Below are positions 25,221 through 32,000 of a stretch of DNA of 32,000 bases, in pieces (the stretch's first letter is position 1; the number at the start of each line of letters is the position of its first letter). Location of the stretch: assembly GCF_000981785.2 (NCBI RefSeq), contig NZ_CP011304.1, positions 2,370,001 through 2,402,000 of the forward strand, given 5' to 3'. Both the position numbers and the translations under genes were made by a program. Origin of the DNA: Microcystis aeruginosa NIES-2549 (GTDB lineage Bacteria > Cyanobacteriota > Cyanobacteriia > Cyanobacteriales > Microcystaceae). Below the pieces are notes generated by a model, which saw only the letters and a list, made by a program, of their open reading frames with translations, was not told the DNA's origin and did not search any database.

Positions 25221-27146
25221 TTAGCTTTTAAGAGAGGGAAGAATCGGCAAAGATGAGTTTTTCCCTGGGGTAGAATCAAACTTTTTTTCCCCCACCAGAG
25301 GAAGAATAATTTCCACAGTTGTTCCTAAACCTTGACCTTGACTAGAGATAGTAATATCTCCCCCCATCATCTTCATAAAATTCTTGGAAATAGCTAATCC
25401 TAAACCCGTACCGCTAAATTTTCTAGTTGTGGAACCATCAACCATCACGAAAGGACGGAATAATTTTGATTGCTGCTGGGGATCTATACCGATTCCTGTA
25501 TCGATTATAGTCATAATAGCCTGTGGATGTTCTAAGTGAGTTATTAAAGAAATTGTGCCTCTATCAGTAAATTTAATTGAGTTAGAAATAACATTCAAAA
25601 TTACCTGTTTTAATTTAGTGGGATCAGCATAAACTATCAGATTTTCTGGACAGAAAAGTAAATTTAATTTTAAGCACTTAAGTTGCAGCGATGCTGTTTG
25701 TAAATTAATAACTTCATTGATAATTTCGTGTAAATCTATTGGTTCAGGATTAACGGAAAGTTTACCCGCTTCTATTTTAGCAATACTGAGAATATCATCA
25801 ATAATTTCCAAAAGATGTACGGCCGCATTATCCGCTTGTTGCAGATATTCTTTTTCCTCCTGCTCACTACTACAAAATCCATCCATAACGCAACGAATTG
25901 AGCCAATAATACCATTAAGAGGGGTGCGTAATTCGTGGGAAGTATTCGCCAAAAATTGGTTTTTTAATTGATTAGCATTTTCCGCTTCTTGCCAACTCTT
26001 AACTATTTCCTCTCCCCAAAGACGTAAACGTTCGATCATTTCCTCTAAGGCCGAGGCTAACTGATTAATTTCTCGAATATTAAAGTTTTCTGGTCTAATC
26101 TTTTGGGAAGGAATTTTTTGAATATTTAAGGCATAATCTCGCAGTTTTTCTAAAGGTATAGCTAAATCCCTGGCGATCAGTATAATAGCTACTAAATAAG
26201 CTAATAATAAACCAGAAATTAGATAAAAAATTGCCTCCCAAATTTGTTGTAGAGGAGCGAGAGCTTGGGAGAGGGGACTAATGGCTAGAACTACCCATTT
26301 TTGGGATGATTCTCCCGTAACTGGACTTGGGAGGGAACTATAGCCGGCGACTAATTCTTTGCCATCTTTCTCGAAAGAAAATAAATGGAGAAATCTCTGC
26401 TGACCTCTAACAGCATTACTGATGATTATATTGAGGCGTTCAGCATCAGCTTCTTGACTGATCTGGCGACCAATGCGCTCGAAATAGGGATGAGCGAGAA
26501 TAATGCCATTTTCAGAAATAACCACGGGATAACCTGACAAAGAACCGGGTAAAACCTTCTCACTGTAAAGGAGAGAAGCTTGCAGAATCAGACTAGATTG
26601 TAATTGTCCTTGATCATCGTAGATGGGAACGGCAAAAATTAATTCTAATTGACGATTATTATTGGGAGATTTAGTTAGAAATTGCTTGGGTAAACTTCTA
26701 ACTAAAATATTTTCGATATTCCCAGCAAAGCCAGTCCGTTTTTCCGTCCATCTTTCTAGAGGCAAAACTTGGATAACTTCTGGTTCACAGGCTCGATTTA
26801 ATAAAGGCTTCTTGGTCTTAACATCAATTAATCCCACACAGTTAATCTGATTAGGAAGCTGCGCCGTGAATTGTTGTAAAAAAGCTTCTTTTTCGGCTAA
26901 GGTTCCCTGTTTTAAAACCAGACTTTCACCCGCAGTGATAAGATTAGCCTGCAAAAATTGAATTGATTGATCAATATTATCTGCTTTTCTGACGGCACTT
27001 TCGGTAAGATTTTGACGGGCCGTTTCCAAAAAAGCCGAACGCGCCTTACGATAGGTAACATAAACTCCCATTAGTAGTACAGGTACACTGACCAGGAGTA
27101 AGCGAGAGAGCAGAATACGACGAAAGGAGGATTGACCGATAGACAT
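25221..27146 (-). CDS. sensor histidine kinase with an extracytoplasmic Cache-like domain and a HAMP-like linker
   Basis: 641-aa ORF. Two TM segments flank an approximately 270-aa segment. H-box SHELRTPLN; N/G boxes (NSIKFT, DTGIGI, GTGLGLAISK). No adjacent response regulator. Confidence 0.85.
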   Translation of the reverse strand: MSIGQSSFRRILLSRLLLVSVPVLLMGVYVTYRKARSAFLETARQNLTESAVRKADNIDQSIQFLQANLITAGESLVLKQGTLAEKEAFLQQFTAQLPNQINCVGLIDVKTKKPLLNRACEPEVIQVLPLERWTEKRTGFAGNIENILVRSLPKQFLTKSPNNNRQLELIFAVPIYDDQGQLQSSLILQASLLYSEKVLPGSLSGYPVVISENGIILAHPYFERIGRQISQEADAERLNIIISNAVRGQQRFLHLFSFEKDGKELVAGYSSLPSPVTGESSQKWVVLAISPLSQALAPLQQIWEAIFYLISGLLLAYLVAIILIARDLAIPLEKLRDYALNIQKIPSQKIRPENFNIREINQLASALEEMIERLRLWGEEIVKSWQEAENANQLKNQFLANTSHELRTPLNGIIGSIRCVMDGFCSSEQEEKEYLQQADNAAVHLLEIIDDILSIAKIEAGKLSVNPEPIDLHEIINEVINLQTASLQLKCLKLNLLFCPENLIVYADPTKLKQVILNVISNSIKFTDRGTISLITHLEHPQAIMTIIDTGIGIDPQQQSKLFRPFVMVDGSTTRKFSGTGLGLAISKNFMKMMGGDITISSQGQGLGTTVEIILPLVGEKKFDSTPGKNSSLPILPSLKS

Positions 27147-27237
27147 GGGCAGAAATTGGTTTGACTCTTGCTATCAAACTCCAGACCATACTAGCGTATT
27201 CGCCAATCGGACCTGGTGATATTCCTCGTCATTTGCC

Positions 27238-27918
27238 ATGAATCGTCCTCACACCACTGTTATTTTAGCCATGAGTGCCGATGGTAAAATTGCCGACGCC
27301 TACCAGTCAGCGGCCAGATTTGCTTCTGCTACCGATAAAATGCGTCTAGAACAACATTTATCCCCCATGGATGCCGCTTTATTCGGTGCTAACACCCTAC
27401 GCGCTTATCACACCAGTCTTCCTATCCGTCATCCCGATTTTCTCGCATACCGTCAACAACTGGGATTATCCCCGCAGCCGATACAGATCGTTTGTTCTCA
27501 TTCAGGCCAGCTTGATCCCCGGATGAAATTTTTTCAGCAGCCTTTCCCACGCTGGTTAATCACGGCAGCGGAAAAAGTGGCAGCATGGGAAAATCGGGGT
27601 TTATTTGAGCTTGTCTTAGTCTGCGGTGATTGGAAGGCTATTTTTAGTCAATTTACCGCCCTAGGTATTAAAAAGCTGGCGATTCTGGGAGGAGGTGAAT
27701 TAATTGCCTCTCTTTTAGCTGAAGATTTAATCGATGAAATCTATCTAACTATTTGTCCTTTGCTGTTAGGAGGCAATAAAGCGGCAACTCCCCTGGGAGG
27801 CACTGGATTTATGGCTGATTCTGCCAGAAAATTACGACTTTTGAGCGTGGAAACCGTGGAAGAAGAAATTTTCCTACATTATTCCCTTGAACGGGAGTCC
27901 CACAAATCTCAAAACTAG
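27238..27918 (+). CDS. RibD C-terminal domain (diaminohydroxyphosphoribosylaminopyrimidine reductase / DHFR-like) family protein
   Basis: 226-aa ORF. VILAMSADGKIA N-terminus and LGGGELIASLL...DEIYLTICPLLLGG, typical of RibD_C reductases. Confidence 0.7.
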   Translation: MNRPHTTVILAMSADGKIADAYQSAARFASATDKMRLEQHLSPMDAALFGANTLRAYHTSLPIRHPDFLAYRQQLGLSPQPIQIVCSHSGQLDPRMKFFQQPFPRWLITAAEKVAAWENRGLFELVLVCGDWKAIFSQFTALGIKKLAILGGGELIASLLAEDLIDEIYLTICPLLLGGNKAATPLGGTGFMADSARKLRLLSVETVEEEIFLHYSLERESHKSQN

Positions 27919-27954
27919 ATTACCTTAAATAAAAAGGTTGACTTATCTTGTCCC

Positions 27955-29145
27955 ATGGTAGAACAGCTTAAACCTCAATATTCTGTGGCTTGGATTGATA
28001 AAATGAGTGAGATTCCCCAACAAAAATGGGATGCTCTCGCTCAACCCCTAACTACTCCCTTTCTAGAGTGGGAATGGTTACATAATATCGAAACTTCCGG
28101 CAGCGCCACGGGACGCACCGGGTGGCAACCTGCTCATCTCACAGTTTGGCGCGGTGCTGAGTTAATTGCCGCCGCTCCTTTGTATATTAAAAGTCATAGT
28201 TACGGTGAATTTGTCTTTGACCATCAATGGGCGGATCTTTCCCGTCGTTTAGGGATTAGATACTATCCAAAACTGTTAGGAATGACCCCTTTTACTCCGG
28301 CGGTGGGTTATCGTTTTTTAATTGCTCCGGGGGAAAATGAACTGGAAATTACTGCTTTAATGATAGGGGCAATCGATCATTTTTGTGACCAAAATCATCT
28401 GTCGGGTTGTCATTTTCTTTTTGTGGATCCCCAATGGCGAATTTTAATGGAAAATTTTGGCTTTACTCCCTGGTTACACCATAGTTATATCTGGAATAAC
28501 AAAGGTTTTCAAAGTTTTGAAGATTATCTGACGGTTTTTAATGCTAATCAACGGCGCAATATTAAACGGGAACGGAAAGCGGTGACTAATGCGGGGTTAA
28601 TTATTAAAACTCTGGCCGCCGAAGAAATTCCCCATCATTTATTCCCGTTAATTTATCGGTTTTATAGCAGTACCTGTGATAAATTTTACTGGGGAAGTAA
28701 ATATCTGACACAGAAATTTTTTGAACAATTATATCCGAATTATCGTCAGCGAGTGGTTTTGATTACTGCCTACCAAAATGAAAAAGATACTAAACCGGTG
28801 GGTTTATCTTTTTGTATTCGCAAAGATACTAATCTTTATGGTCGTTACTGGGGCAGTTTTCAAGAGTACGACTGTTTACATTTTGAAGCTTGTTACTATC
28901 AACCGATCGATTGGGCAATTAGTCAAGGTATTACCATGTTTGACCCGGGTGCGGGAGGACAACATAAAAAAAGACGGGGTTTTCCCGCCACTGCTAATCA
29001 TAGTTTACACCGTTTTTATCATGGCAAAATGACTCAAATTCTCCGCAATTATATCCAAGAAATTAATCAAATGGAACAGGAAGAAATTGATGCAATCAAT
29101 CAAGATTTACCCTTTTCTAAGAGAGAAATTGAGTTCAATGAGTAA
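27955..29145 (+). CDS. FemAB-like / DUF482 (PF04339-type) GNAT-fold protein
   Basis: 396-aa ORF. PFLEWEWLHNIETSG...GWQPAHL...PLYIKSHSYGEFVFDHQWA...YYPKLL...PFTP matches my memory of the DUF482 family pattern. Confidence 0.7.
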   Translation: MVEQLKPQYSVAWIDKMSEIPQQKWDALAQPLTTPFLEWEWLHNIETSGSATGRTGWQPAHLTVWRGAELIAAAPLYIKSHSYGEFVFDHQWADLSRRLGIRYYPKLLGMTPFTPAVGYRFLIAPGENELEITALMIGAIDHFCDQNHLSGCHFLFVDPQWRILMENFGFTPWLHHSYIWNNKGFQSFEDYLTVFNANQRRNIKRERKAVTNAGLIIKTLAAEEIPHHLFPLIYRFYSSTCDKFYWGSKYLTQKFFEQLYPNYRQRVVLITAYQNEKDTKPVGLSFCIRKDTNLYGRYWGSFQEYDCLHFEACYYQPIDWAISQGITMFDPGAGGQHKKRRGFPATANHSLHRFYHGKMTQILRNYIQEINQMEQEEIDAINQDLPFSKREIEFNE

Positions 29146-29267
29146 TTTAGATAGGGTTTGTCCTTGGGTGCATCTGATTTTTGTAAATCTACTGAGTTGG
29201 GATTTTTACGGGGAAACTATCTTCTAAAATTAGTCATTACTTCCGATTTGATCACTCAATCCAAGCT

Positions 29268-29367
29268 TTTGGGGGGTTCTACCCCCCAAACCCCCCGTTG
29301 GGGACGCAAGCGCGGTCACTGAGCGTGTCGAAGTGCCGTCCCCAAACCCCTCGCGCATTAGTTTTTT
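29268..29367. repeat. GC-rich structured element (two 9-bp-stem hairpins), MITE-like or a bidirectional terminator
   Basis: Hairpin 1 is TTTGGGGGG/CCCCCCAAA (29268-29290). Hairpin 2 is TTGGGGACG/CGTCCCCAA (29298-29345, 30-nt loop). A T run lies at 29362-29367. The element sits between convergent genes. Confidence 0.45.
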
Positions 29368-29485
29368 GGTGGGATGCTTACAGGCAGCTGCTGATATATT
29401 TGTAATAATTTAAGAGTCACTGATAATTGCTAATTGTCCGTATTTCTGCAAATGTGAGCTGCAGCCATTGTCTCTATTAGTGCAA

Positions 29486-30085
29486 TCAACTATGAATACG
29501 AGGTTCCGGGTGCAGATTGGCTAAAATCTCACTTTCGATCGCCGCTAGGGTTTCTAAACGTTGCTCGATCACTGTCCGTTCAAAATAATCCGCTGCTAAT
29601 AGCCAATAAATACCATAATGACGCGCTTCGGAAGCCATTAAACCGCGATAAAATTGAGCTAATTGAGGATCGGGACAATATTCTCCCAATAAACCTAATC
29701 TTTCGTGGGAACGCGCCTCAATTAAAGCTGATATTAACAGAGAATCCAAAAGGCGATCGGGTTCTTGGTGACGAATCTGGGCCTTTAATTTAGCACCATA
29801 GGGGGGAGAATTCAAAGGAGCGAGGGGAATTCCCCATTTATCTAACCATTGATTGACCTGTTCAAAATGTTCTAATTCCTCTTGTGCGATCGCCGTCAAT
29901 TTCCGCACGAGGGAAGCGTAGGAAGGATAACGAAACATGAGATTTAAGGCCACTCCTGCCGCTTTTCGCTCACAATGGGAATGATCGAGCAGAATAATCT
30001 CTAAATTATTAATTGCCTGTTCTATCCAATCCTCAGAGGTGGCAGTGACTAATAAATTAATCTTTCCCATCGTCGCTGATTCCAA
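29486..30085 (-). CDS. miaE: tRNA-(ms2io6A37)-hydroxylase MiaE (ferritin-like di-iron)
   Basis: 199-aa ORF. LLDHSHCERKAAGVAL, QEELEHF and EARSHERL / SEARHY di-iron EXXH-type motifs in the MiaE arrangement. Confidence 0.8.
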   Translation of the reverse strand: MESATMGKINLLVTATSEDWIEQAINNLEIILLDHSHCERKAAGVALNLMFRYPSYASLVRKLTAIAQEELEHFEQVNQWLDKWGIPLAPLNSPPYGAKLKAQIRHQEPDRLLDSLLISALIEARSHERLGLLGEYCPDPQLAQFYRGLMASEARHYGIYWLLAADYFERTVIEQRLETLAAIESEILANLHPEPRIHS

Positions 30086-30202
30086 TGTGCTGCATCTTTC
30101 ACCCTAACCCAAAAAGTCGAACAACACCAGTCAAAAACTAAGGACACGGCTTCTGTGATAGCCTAGATGATTGGTGAAGCATAAACACGGCCAATCAATC
30201 AG

Positions 30203-32000
30203 ATGGATTTTTTACTGGAAGTCGGTACAGAAGAACTACCCGCAGATTTTGTCGATAGCGCGATCGCACAATTGCAGGAAAGAGTTAGCAAGAGTTTAGA
30301 GACGGAATCTCTGGACGCGACTGCTATTCAAGTTTACGGAACCCCGCGCCGTTTGGCCGTGTTAATCACAGGATTACCGAGGGAGCAAGAGGCTCGCAGC
30401 GAGGAGATCAAAGGACCGCCAGTTAGTGCAGCCTACAAAAATGGCCAAATTACCGCCGCTGGTGAGGGTTTTGCTCGAAAACAGGGAGTTAGCACCGACG
30501 CTTTCTCCATTCGTGCCACAGACAAAGGAGAATTTGTCTATATTGAAAAAACGATTCCGGGTCGTCAAACAGCCGAGATTTTAAGCGAATTAATTCCCCA
30601 ATGGATTACCCGTTTGGAAGGAAGACGTTTTATGCGTTGGGGAGATGGAGATTTAAAATTTCCCCGGCCAATTCGTTGGTTATTAACTTTAGTTGATGGG
30701 GAAGTTTTGCCCCTAGAATTAATTAATGGCTCTACCACTTTAACCAGCGATCGATTAACGTTTGGTCATCGCATTCTACACCCGCAATCCCTAGCTATTA
30801 GTCATCCCCAGGCATATTTAACCAGTTTGCGATCGATTTTTGTGGAAGCGGATCCGCAAGTGCGTCAACAGATAATTACTGATCAGATTACCACCCTAGC
30901 CAAAACACTGGAGGGAGTGGCAGAAATTCCCGCAGATTTATTGGCAGAAGTGACTAACTTAGTCGAATATCCCACGGCAATTGTTGGCAAATTTGACGAT
31001 GAATTTCTGGAATTACCCCCAGAAGTAATTATTACTGTGATGGTGACACATCAGCGTTATTTCCCGGTGAAAACTCCCCAGGGTTTGTCACCCTATTTCA
31101 TCACTATTTCCAATGGCGATCCCCAGAAATCTGAGATTATCTCCGCAGGAAATGAAAGGGTTATCCGCGCACGGTTAGCCGATGCCAGATTTTTCTATAC
31201 TGCCGATTGCGATGAACCCTTAGATAGTTTTCTTCCCCAACTGGAAAACGTCACTTTCCAAGAAGAATTGGGAACCATGCGCGATAAAGTCGATCGAATT
31301 ATGGAAATTGCTCAGATGATCGTCGAACAGTTAAATCTCGATGAACAAAGTCGCAGTGATATAGAGTCCACTGCCATGCTTTGTAAAGCGGATTTAGTTA
31401 CCCAAATGGTCTATGAATTTCCAGAATTACAGGGAGTAATGGCCGAAAAATATGCTTTAATTAGTGGTGAATCGGCTATAGTTGCCCGGGGCATTTTTGA
31501 ACATTATCTGCCTCGCAATGCCAGTGATCTACTCCCAGAAACAATAACCGGTCAAGTGGTGGGAATTGCCGACAGATTAGATACTTTAGTCGGTATTTTT
31601 GGACTGGGAATGCTGCCCACTGGTTCCTCGGATCCCTTCGCTCTCCGTCGGGCTGCCAATGCAATAATTAGTATTATCTGGTCAGCCAATTTTAATATCA
31701 ATCTTTTGGCATTAATTGAGCAAATAGCTCAGGATTTTGTCACCAGTCATCCCGATAAACCTAACCCAGCCAATCTGATTAAAGATTTCTTTTTACAACG
31801 TCTGCAAACTCTCTTAATTGATGATTTGAGGATAGATTATGATCTCGTTAATGCAGTTTTAGGGGAAAACGATCCGGAGTATAAGTCTCGCGCTTTAGAA
31901 AATTTATTAGATACCCGTGAACGCGCTCGCTTTTTATCCCAAATTCGTCAGGATGGTCAGTTAGCCAACATCTATGAAACCGTCAATCGCTCGACCCGTT
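30203..32000 (+). CDS. glyS: glycine--tRNA ligase beta subunit (3' end outside the window)
   Basis: Open frame from the ATG at 30203 to the window end. N-terminus [17 protein letters not shown] is the typical GlyS start. It is absent from the ORF track because there is no stop within the window. Confidence 0.9.
   Translation, partial: MDFLLEVGTEELPADFVDSAIAQLQERVSKSLETESLDATAIQVYGTPRRLAVLITGLPREQEARSEEIKGPPVSAAYKNGQITAAGEGFARKQGVSTDAFSIRATDKGEFVYIEKTIPGRQTAEILSELIPQWITRLEGRRFMRWGDGDLKFPRPIRWLLTLVDGEVLPLELINGSTTLTSDRLTFGHRILHPQSLAISHPQAYLTSLRSIFVEADPQVRQQIITDQITTLAKTLEGVAEIPADLLAEVTNLVEYPTAIVGKFDDEFLELPPEVIITVMVTHQRYFPVKTPQGLSPYFITISNGDPQKSEIISAGNERVIRARLADARFFYTADCDEPLDSFLPQLENVTFQEELGTMRDKVDRIMEIAQMIVEQLNLDEQSRSDIESTAMLCKADLVTQMVYEFPELQGVMAEKYALISGESAIVARGIFEHYLPRNASDLLPETITGQVVGIADRLDTLVGIFGLGMLPTGSSDPFALRRAANAIISIIWSANFNINLLALIEQIAQDFVTSHPDKPNPANLIKDFFLQRLQTLLIDDLRIDYDLVNAVLGENDPEYKSRALENLLDTRERARFLSQIRQDGQLANIYETVNRSTR

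Noticed and set aside
30374-31664. Minus-strand ORFs 30374-30568 and 31476-31664
   Set aside because: Both are antisense within the open glyS reading frame, which has an unmistakable N-terminal signature.

Overview
This is a cyanobacterial chromosomal window. It has many GCGATCGC (HIP1) palindromes and heptanucleotide tandem repeats (CAGTTAT, CCCCACA and GGAGACA types) in many intergenic spacers, a style I associate with Microcystis-like genomes; that taxonomic guess is unverified. About 30 genes are mostly housekeeping or envelope-related: gloB, sqdB, glmM, ycf3, gatC, mazG, lepB, pheA, miaE and glyS (3' partial). There is also an ECF sigma / anti-sigma / LTXXQ-protein operon, and a surface-glycan cluster (GT4, GT2, a Wzy/O-antigen-ligase-like membrane protein, glmM, a divergent GT2). 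Further genes encode a PEP-CTERM protein, a sensor kinase, a USP, an RNase D-like exonuclease, a RibD-C-like reductase and a DUF482/FemAB-like protein. Accessory content: (1) At 948-1887, a two-gene cassette holds a Panacea/DUF4065 (SocA-like) antitoxin-type gene overlapping an unassigned 129-aa ORF by 8 nt. This is my best candidate for an undescribed toxin-antitoxin or defence pair. (2) At about 16575-18340, an IS200/IS605-type element (divergent tnpA/tnpB with a 12-bp right-end hairpin) sits directly upstream of ycf3. A 20-nt exact copy of its left-end hairpin box lies 1.2 kb further left, so the two copies bracket the PEP-CTERM gene. (3) Modular heptamer-repeat elements include a (CCCCACA)12-13 tract that is G-quadruplex-capable on the opposite strand. 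(4) There are dispersed 40-42-nt repeats and an approximately 870-bp apparently non-coding gap. No tRNA, rRNA or CRISPR array was seen. All family assignments rest on motifs read by eye; no searches were run.
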